NCBI GenBank assembly: GCA_963818525.1 | Contig: CAWFSO010000004.1 | Span: forward strand, 49,624-113,623 | Source: an uncultured Rikenellaceae bacterium | GTDB taxonomy: Bacteria > Bacteroidota > Bacteroidia > Bacteroidales > VadinHA17 | Length of the DNA stretch: 64,000 nucleotides | Reading direction: 5' to 3' | In this document: positions 1 to 10,398 of the stretch, piece by piece | Numbering within the stretch: position 1 is the first letter of the stretch | Layout of the letters: every line of letters starts with the position of its first letter | Program-made: the position numbers and the translations under genes | Notes under the pieces: generated by a model | Seen by the model: the letters and a program-made list of their open reading frames with translations, nothing else | Databases searched by the model: none | What the model was told of the DNA's origin: nothing

Positions 1-14
1 GAAAAACTACGACG

Positions 15-1070
15 ATGGAAAATGTGCCGGCCAGGAGGCCAGGAAAGAGACCCGTAAGACCGGGTACCGACAAGGCTGAAGGAGGAAGAGAGAGATCGGT
101 CAGACCGGGTGCCGGCAAGGCTGAAGGGGGAAGAGAGAGATCATCCAGGCCGGGTGCCGGCAAGGCTGAAGGAGGAAGAGAGAGATCAGCCAGGCCCACC
201 ACCGAAAGGGCTGCAGATGAAAGAAAGAGATCCGCGAGGCCCGGTGCCAGACCCGGAACCAGGCCCCCCGCCGGAGCAGGTAAGAGATCGGTCAGACCGG
301 CTGCCGGAGCAGGTAAGAGATCAGCCAGACCGGCCGCAATACCAGCTGCAGCGGAGCTGATCAGGCTGAACAAATACATTGCAAACAGCGGCGTCTGCGC
401 CCGCCGTGAAGCCGATGAACTCATAAAGAACGGATATATCGCCGTCAACGGTAAAAAGGTCACCGACATGGGTGTCAAGGTAAAACCCACTGACACAGTT
501 GAATACAAAGGCAAAGCACTGACCCCGGGAAAGAAGGTCTATATCCTGCTCAACAAGCCCAAGGGGTACGTGACCACCGTAAAGGATCCGCATGCCGATC
601 TGACCGTACTTGACCTGGTGAAGGATGCCACCACTGAGAGAATATATCCCGTCGGAAGGCTTGACAAGTCAACCACCGGCGTACTGCTTCTCACAAACGA
701 CGGTGACCTGGCAGGGAAACTGACACACCCCAGTTTCGGTGCGAAGAAAATATACCACGTCTTCACTGACAAGGACATTACCAGGCATGATATGGAGGCA
801 ATAGTCAGCGGCGTAACCCTCGATGACGGGAAGGTAAGTGCCGACGCCATCTCCTACCCTGACGCCGAAGACCACACGCAGGTGGGACTCGAGTTGCACT
901 CCGGACAGAACAGGGTTGTCAGACGCATCTTCGAGAAGCTGGGATACCGGGTCAGGAAGCTTGACCGCGTCAGCTTCGCCGGCCTGACGAAGAAGAACCT
1001 TCAGCGCGGCCACTGGAGGCATCTGACCGATAAGGAGGTAAGCATGCTTAAGAGAGGTATCTACAAATAG
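15..1070 (+). CDS. RluB/RsuA-family pseudouridine synthase with a repetitive Arg/Lys-rich N-terminal extension
   Basis: 351-aa ORF. It has an S4 RNA-binding motif (LIRLNKYIANSGVCARREADELIKNGYIAVNGK) followed by the catalytic-Asp motif GRLDKSTTGVLLLTNDG. The first ~110 aa are RPGAGKAEGGRERS-type repeats. Confidence 0.85.
   Translation: MENVPARRPGKRPVRPGTDKAEGGRERSVRPGAGKAEGGRERSSRPGAGKAEGGRERSARPTTERAADERKRSARPGARPGTRPPAGAGKRSVRPAAGAGKRSARPAAIPAAAELIRLNKYIANSGVCARREADELIKNGYIAVNGKKVTDMGVKVKPTDTVEYKGKALTPGKKVYILLNKPKGYVTTVKDPHADLTVLDLVKDATTERIYPVGRLDKSTTGVLLLTNDGDLAGKLTHPSFGAKKIYHVFTDKDITRHDMEAIVSGVTLDDGKVSADAISYPDAEDHTQVGLELHSGQNRVVRRIFEKLGYRVRKLDRVSFAGLTKKNLQRGHWRHLTDKEVSMLKRGIYK
57..338 (+). 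repeat. In-frame coding tandem repeat (about 45 bp / 15 aa units, then shorter AGAGKRS(V/A)RPAA units)
   Basis: The DNA unit ccgggtgccggcaaggctgaagg.ggaagagagagatc is repeated head to tail. The translated units are RPGTDKAEGGRERSV / RPGAGKAEGGRERSS / RPGAGKAEGGRERSA / RPTTERAADERKRSA. Confidence 0.85.
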
Positions 1071-1082
1071 ACTATTATCTCC

Positions 1083-1961
1083 ATGGAGCACAGATCCGGT
1101 TTTGTCAATATCCTGGGAAATCCAAACGTAGGGAAATCCACACTGATGAACATTCTTGTCGGTGAGAAGCTTTCCGTCACTACACCGAAAGCCCAGACGA
1201 CCCGCCACAGGATCATGGGCATCCTGACCGGGGAAGGATACCAGATAGTCTATTCCGACACTCCCGGGATCCTGAATCCCAAGTACAAGCTTCAGGCAGC
1301 CATGATGAAATCGGTCGAGTCTGCACTTGACGACGCTGACCTGATCATTTATGTCACTGATGTGGTTGAGACGATATCAAAGAACGAGGAACATCTGACG
1401 CGCATCCTCGCCTCTCCGGTACCGAAGATCATAGTGATAAACAAGATTGACCTGTCAAACCAGGATGACCTTGAAAAACTGGTGGAGACATGGAGCGGAT
1501 TGGCGCCCGGAGTACCGGTGCTGCCTGTTGCAGCCATAAAAAAATTCAACACTGACCTGCTTCTAAGGGAGATCATTGCTCGTCTGCCGGAAGGCCCTCC
1601 ATATTTTCCTGAAGATCAGCTCAGCGACCGCTTCGACCGTTTCTTTGTGACAGAGATAATAAGGGGGAAAATATTCGAGACCTATCAGAAAGAGATCCCA
1701 TACTCGGTGGAGGTGGAGATAGAGGGCTACCATGAAGAGCCTTCCATCAACAGGATAGCCGCGGTGATCTATGTTGCCCGTGACAGTCAGAAGGGGATCA
1801 TCATAGGCCATAAGGGGTCAATGTTAAAAAGGGTGGGAACGGCCGCCAGGAAAGATATGGAGGAGTTCCTTGGTAAAAAGGTATTCCTCGAGCTTTATGT
1901 CAGGGTAGCACATGAGTGGCGGGATAATCCGCGCATGCTAAAGAAATTTGGTTACCTGTAG
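1083..1961 (+). CDS. era: GTPase Era
   Basis: 292 aa. G1 [13 protein letters not shown]3 DTPG and G4 NKID motifs are present, with a C-terminal KH-like region (VEVEIEGY...GIIIGHKGSMLKRVG). Confidence 0.93.
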   Translation: MEHRSGFVNILGNPNVGKSTLMNILVGEKLSVTTPKAQTTRHRIMGILTGEGYQIVYSDTPGILNPKYKLQAAMMKSVESALDDADLIIYVTDVVETISKNEEHLTRILASPVPKIIVINKIDLSNQDDLEKLVETWSGLAPGVPVLPVAAIKKFNTDLLLREIIARLPEGPPYFPEDQLSDRFDRFFVTEIIRGKIFETYQKEIPYSVEVEIEGYHEEPSINRIAAVIYVARDSQKGIIIGHKGSMLKRVGTAARKDMEEFLGKKVFLELYVRVAHEWRDNPRMLKKFGYL

Positions 1962-1969
1962 TAGTATAA

Positions 1970-3280
1970 TTGATCATGAGTAAGATAGCAGCAATAGTAG
2001 GCAGACCTAACGTGGGTAAGTCGACTCTCTTCAACCGAATGACAGAGAGCCGTGCCGCAATAGTGAATGAGGAGAGCGGGGTTACGCGCGACAGGCACTA
2101 CGGTAAGGTGATATGGAACGGGGTCGATTTCTCCGTAGTCGATACCGGCGGTTTCGTAGAGAACTCCGAAGATGTGTTCGAGAGCGAGATCAACCGCCAG
2201 GTTAAGCTTGCAATCAGCGAGGCTGACGTGATCATCTTCATGGTCGACGTGGAGGAGGGTATACACGAGCTCGACAAATCCGTTGCGGAGATGCTTCGCA
2301 AGGTTCAGAAAAAGGTCATTACCGTGGTAAACAAGGTGGACAACCATAAGCGTCTGCTTGATGCCCCGGAGTTCTACGGTCTCGGACTGGGTGATTATTT
2401 CACCATCAGCTCCGCCAACGGCAGCGGGACAGGCGAGCTGCTCGACGAAATTGTCAGGCACCTTCCCGATACGGTTGAGGCCCCGGAACCGGATATACCA
2501 AGGGTAGCCGTCGTCGGACGGCCCAACGTCGGCAAGTCGTCACTGGCAAACGCCCTTCTCGATGAGGAGAGGAACATAGTCACCCCGGTTGCCGGTACAA
2601 CCCGCGATTCAATCCACAGCCTGTACAATAAATTCAACACCAGCTTCCTGCTGATAGACACTGCCGGGCTCCGCAAGAAGGCCAAGATTGAAGAGGATAT
2701 AGAATTTTACTCCATCCTGAGGTCTATAAGGTCAATCGAAGAGAGCGACCTCTGCCTCCTTCTCATCGACGCCACACGAGGCATCGAATCGCAGGATCTG
2801 AGCATCCTCAGCATCATCCAGAAGAACAACAAGGGGGTAATAATCCTGGTGAACAAATGGGACCTGGTAGAAAAGGACCAGAACAGCACCAAGCAAATTG
2901 AGGAGGAGATAAGGTCGCGCACGGAACCGTTCACCGACTATCCGATACTCTTTATTTCAGCCATCACCAAGCAGAGAGTGCACAAGGTGCTGGAACTGAT
3001 CATGGAGGTCTATGAGAACAGGAGAAGAAAGATCCCCACCTCCAAGCTGAACGATGTGATGCTTAAGATTATTGATGATACGCCTCCTCCTTCACTCAAG
3101 GGCAAGCATATCAAGATCAAATACGTTACGCAGATCCCGTCAGCCTACCCGACATTCGCCTTCTTCTGCAACTTCCCGCAGTATATCAAGGAGTCATACA
3201 GAAGGTTCGTGGAGAACAGGCTGAGAGAGAATTTCCAGTTCACAGGCGCCCCGGTAAAGATATTTTTCAGGAAAAAATAG
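1970..3280 (+). CDS. der: Ribosome-biogenesis GTPase Der (EngA), double GTPase domain
   Basis: 436 aa with two P-loops ([12 protein letters not shown] and [12 protein letters not shown]), NKVD/NKWD G4 motifs and a C-terminal KH-like domain. Confidence 0.93.
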   Translation: MIMSKIAAIVGRPNVGKSTLFNRMTESRAAIVNEESGVTRDRHYGKVIWNGVDFSVVDTGGFVENSEDVFESEINRQVKLAISEADVIIFMVDVEEGIHELDKSVAEMLRKVQKKVITVVNKVDNHKRLLDAPEFYGLGLGDYFTISSANGSGTGELLDEIVRHLPDTVEAPEPDIPRVAVVGRPNVGKSSLANALLDEERNIVTPVAGTTRDSIHSLYNKFNTSFLLIDTAGLRKKAKIEEDIEFYSILRSIRSIEESDLCLLLIDATRGIESQDLSILSIIQKNNKGVIILVNKWDLVEKDQNSTKQIEEEIRSRTEPFTDYPILFISAITKQRVHKVLELIMEVYENRRRKIPTSKLNDVMLKIIDDTPPPSLKGKHIKIKYVTQIPSAYPTFAFFCNFPQYIKESYRRFVENRLRENFQFTGAPVKIFFRKK

Positions 3281-3323
3281 TTAATTTGGTGTGATTTTTG
3301 CTGGAATAACCATTCAGAGAGGC

Positions 3324-3845
3324 ATGAAAAGGTCATTTATCATATTAGTTTTTGCAGCGTTCATGATGATGGGATCGTGCAAGCCGATCGAGGATCTCCC
3401 CGATGAGCCTGCAGTTGAATTCCGGGCCTTTACTCTTTTTGACACCATCGATATACTGGGCAACCCTTCCAAAGCCGGCAAGCTGACTTTTTATTTTGAA
3501 GACGGCGACGGCGATCTGGGTCTTGCCGCGCCCGGAGATCTGGATTACGATCCCATGAGCAACCTCTTTTTCAAGCTCTACCGCAAGAAGAACGGTGTCT
3601 TTGAGCTGGCCGGACCTGGCGATCCGCACTATCCTTCAGAATACCGGATACCCTATCTTGAGGCAGAGGGACAGAACAAGATACTGAGGGGTACCATTGA
3701 CGTGACGCTTTTTTACTTCATTTACAATACGAGCGACACCCTCTATTATGACTTCTGGGTAAGGGACCGCAGGGGGCATGACAGCAACACTGACTCAACC
3801 TGCATATTCGTCCTCGGTGAAAACGGCACCTGTACGGCCGATTGA
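3324..3845 (+). CDS. Hypothetical lipoprotein
   Basis: The ORF is trimmed to the MKRSFIILVFAAFMMMGSC start, which is a signal peptide ending in a lipobox-like GSC. I recognise no family. Confidence 0.55.
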   Translation: MKRSFIILVFAAFMMMGSCKPIEDLPDEPAVEFRAFTLFDTIDILGNPSKAGKLTFYFEDGDGDLGLAAPGDLDYDPMSNLFFKLYRKKNGVFELAGPGDPHYPSEYRIPYLEAEGQNKILRGTIDVTLFYFIYNTSDTLYYDFWVRDRRGHDSNTDSTCIFVLGENGTCTAD

Positions 3846-6800
3846 TCAGACCCTCAGTCCCATAAAGAGGACATCATCCACCTGTTCATTATCCCCTTTC
3901 CATTCGGTAAAGAACTCCTTGATCTGAGTGTTCTGTTGCTCCAGCGAAAGGCTGTTGATGTCGTCGATGAGTGTCCTCAGGCGGCTGATCTTCATTTTTT
4001 TGGCGCCCTGCCCGCCGAACTGGTCACAGTAACCGTCAGTGAACAGGTACACCGTATCACCTTCGCGGAGATGATACTCCTGGTCGTCATAGAATTTCTC
4101 CGTCACAGATTCGCCTCCCACTGATGAGCGGTTACCCCTTACATAATGCTGTTCACCATCAATCACCAGGATCACCGGCCTCATTGCAGAAGAGAACACC
4201 AGCTGCCTGGTCTTAATGTTGAACTCGCATACCACTATGTCCATTCCGTCATTTGAGGCCTCCATCTCCTGGTTCTGGTTCAGGGTTGAGAAGATCTGCC
4301 TGTCAAGTTCATGCAGAACCTGTGAAGGCCTTGTGATCTTTTTGACCGTGATGATATCCTGGAGCAGGGCCGTGCCGATCATTGACATGAATGCCCCCGG
4401 AACGCCGTGACCGGTGGAGTCTGAACATACCAGGACAAATCTGTCCTTGTCGATCCAGTCAAACCAGTAGAAATCGCCGCTGACTATATCGCGGGGCTGG
4501 AAGAAGACGAACGCCTCCTTGAACACACTGCCCAGCCTGGCTGTGTCAGGCAGCACGCTGCTCTGTATGCGCTTGGCATATTTGATGCTCTCCGTGATGT
4601 CAAGGTTCTTCTGGGCAAGCTCCTCCTTCTGCAGATAGACCTCGGCAGTGCGTTTCTGCAACTCACTCTCGAGGTACTCCCGCTGCTTCCTGTGGGCCCT
4701 CTCCCTGAGCCTGATTATAATGTATACTATCACTGACAGCAGCGCAAGTACCGATAGTATGAACCACCACTTCTGTGTAAAAGGCTTCTGAATCACGATG
4801 CTGAATGATGCGGTGGCGGCATTTTCGGGGTCATCCCTTGTCAGAGCCTCGACATTGAAGCGGTAATGGCCGCTGCTGAGGCTGTATGTCGCCGACGCGC
4901 GATCAGTGGTCACATCTCCCCATGCCTCATCAACATTCTCCATCCTGGTCCTGAAAACGACATTGAGCGGGTCACGCAGCGAGATGCCGGCATATTTGAC
5001 CCTGACTGAATATGATGACCTGTAAGGCAGATTGTATGACTCGCTGTAAGGATGTTCGACACCATTGATCAGTACCGAGACTATGGCTGCCTGTGGAGGC
5101 ACTGAAATCTTAGCTTCCATCGCCGGATTATATGCCACTATGCCTTCGGTGGTACCGATATAAACTGACCCGTCATCGGTCTGAGCCATTGCATTTGCCA
5201 TGCAGTCGCCCCTTACACCGAACTCCGTGCTGAATGACCTGACCGAACCGGTGGCAGGGTTTATGATTGAAAATCCCTTTTCGTGCCCAGTCCATATCCT
5301 GCCGTCAGCCGCAATGAGCGTGCTGTAACAGAAGTTTGAAAGCAGGCCGTCTGCCACGGTATAGTTTAGCAGCGTGTCACCGGCAAAGAGGAAGAGCCCG
5401 TTGCCGTATGTCCCTGCACAAATTGTACGATCAGGGGCTACTGATATGCTCCGGATGTCAGTGACCATAGCTCCCTCCATTACAAGTCCTTCAGTACGAA
5501 CTCCGCCGGTCACATGAATATAACAGAGCCTGTCGGTCTTCGTGGCTGCAAGAACCTCTCCCGCCCTGTTGACAACAACCTGTGCAACATTATTGTGCGG
5601 AAGCATCTCCCACGTTGTATAGGCGGCCTTCTGGGCTCCTGTCTCCCTGTCAAGCAGAACAACACCGTCAAGTGTTGCGAGCCAGATGTTGCCTGTCTCA
5701 ACCGCAACAGAGTTCACCCTGTTCTGCCCGGGGTTACCGGAGCGGTAGAACTGCTTCAGGGTACCGTCAGGCTTCATCACCCACAATCCGTCACTCACTG
5801 TTCCTATCCAGATATTTCCGCGGTCATCAGTTGCCCACGAGGAGATACCCGATCCGCCGGTCTTCCCGGCAAGAGGACGGTAATCTGAGAAGCTGCCGCT
5901 GAGCGGGCTGAAGTCATAGAGACCGTTCCTTGTTCCCATGACTACACGGGTACCGATACTCCCGATAAAGTTTATCTCTTTGTTTGTTTCCGGTTTATGG
6001 AAAGAGAATGCGTTGGTTGTCACTGCAGCCAGTCCGCTGTTGTAAAGGCCGATCCAGAGGTTCTCCTCCCGGTCCCTGAAGATCGTCCGGATGTTGTTGT
6101 CAGCCAGCCCCGAAGTGATATCATAAACGGCAACCGTCTCCAGTTCAGAGAAGTCCGGATTGAATGCCACCTTAAAGACCCCTGCCTCCTGGGTGGCAAC
6201 CAGCAGGCTCCTGTCATCACCGGTTATCAGCGCGGGAATGCGCATGTTCATAAACAGGGTGTCACCAACGGAAGTCGGCGTCAGCTTTCCGCCGGCCGCC
6301 CTCCTGATCATGAAGAGACCGGCATAGTCTGTTCCTGCGAACCATGTGTCATTATCCATCTGCCTGACGGTATGGACCCATGTGTATTCCAGTTCGGGGA
6401 AAGAGTGCTTTTCCGATATCCCGTCACCGGATATGGTGCAAACGTGGAGGTTATCCTGTGTGGCGAGCAGAACAGTTTCGGCACCGTCAAAGGAGATGTC
6501 AAACACAACAAATCCCTCCGGCACCGGCAGACTGGTTATCTTCTCCCCTCCCCCGGCATCAGCCAGGTAGATTCCTTCAGTCTGGGTTATGATCCATACT
6601 TTACTGTCAGGCCCCTCTGTTATGCGGTTTATCCTGTCAGACGCAGGTAGTGCCATGTGCTTAAGTGACCCGCCCTCGCTCCAGGTGTATAGCGAACCGT
6701 CTGTCAGGCCCGCCCACATGGTTCCCTCCCTGTCACAGAAAAGAGCATTGATGTTACCGCGCGACTGTTTTTCAGGGAATGCCATCCGGTGAAAATCAAA

Positions 6801-7010
6801 ACCGTCATACCTGAACAGGTTAGAGTCAACTCCAACCCACAGAAAACCGCTTTTATCCTGTGCAATTACATTCAGGTAACTTCCCGGAAGCCCCGTGTTC
6901 TCATCGTAGGTACGGTAACTGAAGGTCTGGGATTGTGCCCGGACGGGGAACAGCACCTGCAAAATGACAATGCAAAGTACTGCAGTAAAGATACTTGCGC
7001 TTTTGAACAT
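3846..7010 (-). CDS. Membrane sensor with a periplasmic two-component-regulator-type beta-propeller/Y_Y_Y region, one TM helix, a coiled coil and a cytoplasmic PP2C/SpoIIE phosphatase
   Basis: 1054 aa. It has a signal peptide and repeated propeller blades (FLWVGVDSNLFRYDG, TMWAGLTDGSLYTW, NIWIGTVSDGLWV). The TM helix is WWFILSVLALLSVIVYIII. The SpoIIE motifs are SGDFYWF, DSTGHGVPGAFMSMIG, NDGMDIVV and LFTDGYCDQFG. Confidence 0.85.
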   Translation of the reverse strand: MFKSASIFTAVLCIVILQVLFPVRAQSQTFSYRTYDENTGLPGSYLNVIAQDKSGFLWVGVDSNLFRYDGFDFHRMAFPEKQSRGNINALFCDREGTMWAGLTDGSLYTWSEGGSLKHMALPASDRINRITEGPDSKVWIITQTEGIYLADAGGGEKITSLPVPEGFVVFDISFDGAETVLLATQDNLHVCTISGDGISEKHSFPELEYTWVHTVRQMDNDTWFAGTDYAGLFMIRRAAGGKLTPTSVGDTLFMNMRIPALITGDDRSLLVATQEAGVFKVAFNPDFSELETVAVYDITSGLADNNIRTIFRDREENLWIGLYNSGLAAVTTNAFSFHKPETNKEINFIGSIGTRVVMGTRNGLYDFSPLSGSFSDYRPLAGKTGGSGISSWATDDRGNIWIGTVSDGLWVMKPDGTLKQFYRSGNPGQNRVNSVAVETGNIWLATLDGVVLLDRETGAQKAAYTTWEMLPHNNVAQVVVNRAGEVLAATKTDRLCYIHVTGGVRTEGLVMEGAMVTDIRSISVAPDRTICAGTYGNGLFLFAGDTLLNYTVADGLLSNFCYSTLIAADGRIWTGHEKGFSIINPATGSVRSFSTEFGVRGDCMANAMAQTDDGSVYIGTTEGIVAYNPAMEAKISVPPQAAIVSVLINGVEHPYSESYNLPYRSSYSVRVKYAGISLRDPLNVVFRTRMENVDEAWGDVTTDRASATYSLSSGHYRFNVEALTRDDPENAATASFSIVIQKPFTQKWWFILSVLALLSVIVYIIIRLRERAHRKQREYLESELQKRTAEVYLQKEELAQKNLDITESIKYAKRIQSSVLPDTARLGSVFKEAFVFFQPRDIVSGDFYWFDWIDKDRFVLVCSDSTGHGVPGAFMSMIGTALLQDIITVKKITRPSQVLHELDRQIFSTLNQNQEMEASNDGMDIVVCEFNIKTRQLVFSSAMRPVILVIDGEQHYVRGNRSSVGGESVTEKFYDDQEYHLREGDTVYLFTDGYCDQFGGQGAKKMKISRLRTLIDDINSLSLEQQNTQIKEFFTEWKGDNEQVDDVLFMGLRV

Positions 7011-7012
7011 GC

Positions 7013-7999
7013 TTACTTCTTAGGTACTACCTTTATCCGTGGCTTATATACAGGGACCCCTCCGATGGGGGCGCTGAAGAACTGCAGGTTTTCACCGTAC
7101 TGGTTTTCCACTGTCATGACCACGTTGTTGTTCTTTACAAGTTCTCCCTTTCTCTTGTAGAAGCGGAAGTCGAGTGACTTGCCGATCTCTGCATCATCAA
7201 TAGGCATCCGATCCTCAGTCCAGTGGTCTTCTCCGGAGAGGGGCATTTCCTGACCCTTCCGTACGACGGAGACAACCATGAAATCTCCGTCAGTGTCCCA
7301 GTCAAAGTTCTTCTGCTGAATGTAAATGCACCCGCTGTCAATATAAGGATATATATGAGAGACGAATGATGTATCATTGTTGTTCCACATCCTGAAGGTG
7401 TACTCATAGGTGAAGGCATTGGCCCCCTCGATGGGAACATTGGCGTCAGGTCTCCTTGAAAGTGCATACCTGTAAAGATTCCCGTCATCACCCCCTATTC
7501 CGTCACATATGATCTTGAATACATTGCTGGAAAACTTCGGATAATATTCCCCGTCAGACGGGTTGAACGGCCCGAAGGTGAACCAGCGTTCATCAATCTT
7601 GTTGTCCATGCCGAACGCACGTGTAGCGAGAAGTGTTCCGCTTTTGTAGTTGCCCGTGGGACTGATGCCCTTGGCTTCAGGGTGAGTGTAGCAGCCCTTG
7701 CCGCCATATACCGAATAGACCATCCGTGTGTCCCAGAAGTTGTTCAGCTCATCTGTTTTGCCGCCGATGTCCGGGTCATATATCCTGATGTAGAAAGGAT
7801 CCTTGTAGTCTTTCGGAAGCGTGAAGAAGAATGTCTGCGAAAAGTCATCATCTCCCCATGATGTCGCAGCCTTCGGCCCGAAAGTAATAAGGAAGGGTAT
7901 ATTCTCATCCGGACCCGGCACTTCCTGGGCATTAACCAGGGATGGGGCGGCAGCAGTAAGGGTAAGAATGAGTGACAGTATATTGCGGGTAACTCTCAT
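7013..7999 (-). CDS. Secreted hypothetical protein (no recognisable family)
   Basis: 328 aa with an N-terminal signal peptide (ILSLILTLTAAAPSLVNAQE). It lies 2 nt upstream of the SpoIIE sensor gene and 18 nt downstream of the TolB/PKD gene. Confidence 0.6.
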   Translation of the reverse strand: MRVTRNILSLILTLTAAAPSLVNAQEVPGPDENIPFLITFGPKAATSWGDDDFSQTFFFTLPKDYKDPFYIRIYDPDIGGKTDELNNFWDTRMVYSVYGGKGCYTHPEAKGISPTGNYKSGTLLATRAFGMDNKIDERWFTFGPFNPSDGEYYPKFSSNVFKIICDGIGGDDGNLYRYALSRRPDANVPIEGANAFTYEYTFRMWNNNDTSFVSHIYPYIDSGCIYIQQKNFDWDTDGDFMVVSVVRKGQEMPLSGEDHWTEDRMPIDDAEIGKSLDFRFYKRKGELVKNNNVVMTVENQYGENLQFFSAPIGGVPVYKPRIKVVPKK

Positions 8000-8017
8000 T
8001 TTCGTTTTTAAATGTAA

Positions 8018-9463
8018 TCAATTTCCATTTGCAGAAACCTCTATATCCTTGCAGACACAAACCTCACGCACAACACCACCAGGCCCCGGCACAGAACTGA
8101 CGATAAGCTGGATGTTGTATTTTCCGGGAATCGAATAGACCTTGGTCGCCTCCAGTCCCGTTGCGACGGTCTCATCCCCGAAGTTCCAGTAGTACCTTCC
8201 GATCTGCATCCCCGGCAGGTAGGTCTCTCCGGCATTCAGGACCAGTGTCTCGCCCACCATGATCCTGTCGGGCGATGTGATCACGGGCTGCTCAACATCG
8301 GTTATTTCAAGTTCATATGAGGCCTGCCTTTTCTCAATGCCACCTGTGATGAGGTTTACAATATCAAGGGTCACATCATACAGGCCCGGACCTGCATAGC
8401 AGTGTTCAGCCGTGATGCCGGTGGCCCTGGTTCCGTCACCGAAGTTCCACTCCCACCTGAATCCGGTTTTAACGGTATCCTGCTTCAGGGCGTTCTCTTC
8501 GATGAACTCATAGCAGTAAATGTTCTTCTGCATGGTGTCACAGGAGGACCATCGTATGATTGTTGATGCAAAACTGTAAATATCGTCACTGTAGTTGCGG
8601 CGGTTTGAGGAAAAGTAACCCTGCAAACCTCCCTGTGCGGCATAGAAGGCAAAGTCGTCATCAGCTGAATTTATCGGCTCATCAAGTACCACGGGTTTTG
8701 TCCATGAGCCATAGGCAAGGTTTGAGAACCATATATCGAGGCCGCCCATGCCACCCGGACGGTCAGAAGCAAAATAGAGTCTTCCGGAACTGTGAAGAAA
8801 CGGATGGATCTCCGCATCCGGGGTGTTTATGCTGTTGCCAAGGCTGACAGGTGCACTCCATTTACCGTCGATCTTCTCGCACATGTAGATGTCATATTTG
8901 CCCAGGCTGCCCGGCATGTCGGAGCAGAAAAACAGGTACCTATCGTCAGCCGATATAAACGGATATGAAAGGTTATATTCCGTGTTGTTATATTCAAATG
9001 GCTGAATATCTGTCCATTGAGAACCACTTCGCTTTGCGGTGAAGATGCCCAGTCTGTTGGGCTCCCGTTTCCCCAGCTTGCGGCCTGCGGAATAATTCCT
9101 TGTAAAATAGAGGGTATTGCCGTCAGGAGTGACAGACGCAGGCCCTATGTTTGCATCCTTACCGAGATTGGTGGCGAAGCGCACCGGACGTTCAGGATCC
9201 CCTTCCTCATTGAAGGGGGCAAAATAAAGTTCGTAGAGTCTTATCCCCTCAAGATTTTTCTTTGTAAGGAAAGGATTGGTCTTCCTGTTCGAGCAGAAGA
9301 GTATGCCGTCACTGAGTATCACCGGTGCCATGTCGTCTGAACCCGATGAGATGGCAGAGACATTGAAAACCTCAAAAGTGCCTTTTGCCTGTCCGTTAAT
9401 GACGGGAAGAGAGATAAACAGTATCAGGGATGCAATTGCAATATGTTTCAGTAGTCTCTTCAT
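8018..9463 (-). CDS. TolB-like beta-propeller / PKD-domain periplasmic protein (the usual third partner of T9SS type-B cargo/PorP modules)
   Basis: The ORF is trimmed to the MKRLLKHIAIASLILFISLPVING start, 4 nt after the PorP stop. It has WD40-like TolB repeats (DDMAPVILSDGILFCSNR, PDGNTLYFTRN, DDRYLFFCSD, GRLYFASDRPGGMGGLDIW). Two PKD-like modules carry WNFGDG/WEWNFGDGT motifs. Confidence 0.75.
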   Translation of the reverse strand: MKRLLKHIAIASLILFISLPVINGQAKGTFEVFNVSAISSGSDDMAPVILSDGILFCSNRKTNPFLTKKNLEGIRLYELYFAPFNEEGDPERPVRFATNLGKDANIGPASVTPDGNTLYFTRNYSAGRKLGKREPNRLGIFTAKRSGSQWTDIQPFEYNNTEYNLSYPFISADDRYLFFCSDMPGSLGKYDIYMCEKIDGKWSAPVSLGNSINTPDAEIHPFLHSSGRLYFASDRPGGMGGLDIWFSNLAYGSWTKPVVLDEPINSADDDFAFYAAQGGLQGYFSSNRRNYSDDIYSFASTIIRWSSCDTMQKNIYCYEFIEENALKQDTVKTGFRWEWNFGDGTRATGITAEHCYAGPGLYDVTLDIVNLITGGIEKRQASYELEITDVEQPVITSPDRIMVGETLVLNAGETYLPGMQIGRYYWNFGDETVATGLEATKVYSIPGKYNIQLIVSSVPGPGGVVREVCVCKDIEVSANGN

Positions 9464-9467
9464 CCTT

Positions 9468-10397
9468 TCAGAAATACCTTGGCGATGTTGCACTAACGGA
9501 GTACTCGAACTCATATCTCAGTGACACCTCATGGGTACCCGAGGTGTAGCTGTTCAGGTGACCAAGCTGGTAATCAAAGGAATAACCCAGCTTAAGCTGA
9601 GGTGTGACCTGAAGGTCAAGAAGCGCCACTGCCGCCTTCTCGGCGATCCTGTAGGAACCTCCAATCCAGAGTATGTCAGCGATGATCAGGTTTGCATTCA
9701 GATCCATCTCCAGAGGCTCTGACATTGAATACCGGACAAGCACCGAGGGCTTGACCTTGAAAGCGTCGGAAAAACTAATCAGGGTTCCGGTCAGAAAGTA
9801 AGTCTTGAACATCATGAAATCAGGGGAGACACCTGAATCATTCGACGCATCACTCTGGTACGTAAGAATTGAAGGCACCGACAATCCGGCAAAGAACCTG
9901 TTTGTGTAATAGTAAAATCCTGCACCGATATTGGGCATTGTGTATCGAATGTCTCCCACAAGCAGCGGATCCTGAGGATTGCCGTCAGGGAACTGGAGGT
10001 TGTTGTAATTTGTGTTGCTGAGGTCGACGCCTCCCTTGAGACCCATGGAGAGTCTGCCTTTTCCCAGGCGGACGCTATAGGCATAGAATCCATAAAGCCC
10101 TATATCCTTTGTTACCCCGTAGGTCATGTATTCAGCCACAAACCCCAGTGCTACCTTTTCACGCTTGTTAACAGGGCTGTGCAGCGACAGGTTCTGGAAC
10201 TGCGGTGCACCAACAATTTTAGCCCACTGTTTACGGTATGAGAGGTTGGCGCTGAGAGCACCGCGCGTGCCGGCGTAGGCCGGATTGATAATAAGCCCGT
10301 TGGTCAGATACTGGCTCGTAATGGGCGTTTGCTGTGCCATAAGAGCCTGCTGAAGAGCGACTGCCAGAATGAGTAGTATGAATGACTTTCCTTTCAT
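9468..10397 (-). CDS. Type IX secretion system membrane protein, PorP/SprF family
   Basis: 309 aa. After the signal peptide comes the family N-terminus QQTPITSQYLTNGLIINPAYAG. The body looks like a beta-barrel and ends in an aromatic residue (SPRYF). Confidence 0.85.
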   Translation of the reverse strand: MKGKSFILLILAVALQQALMAQQTPITSQYLTNGLIINPAYAGTRGALSANLSYRKQWAKIVGAPQFQNLSLHSPVNKREKVALGFVAEYMTYGVTKDIGLYGFYAYSVRLGKGRLSMGLKGGVDLSNTNYNNLQFPDGNPQDPLLVGDIRYTMPNIGAGFYYYTNRFFAGLSVPSILTYQSDASNDSGVSPDFMMFKTYFLTGTLISFSDAFKVKPSVLVRYSMSEPLEMDLNANLIIADILWIGGSYRIAEKAAVALLDLQVTPQLKLGYSFDYQLGHLNSYTSGTHEVSLRYEFEYSVSATSPRYF

Positions 10398-10398
10398 G

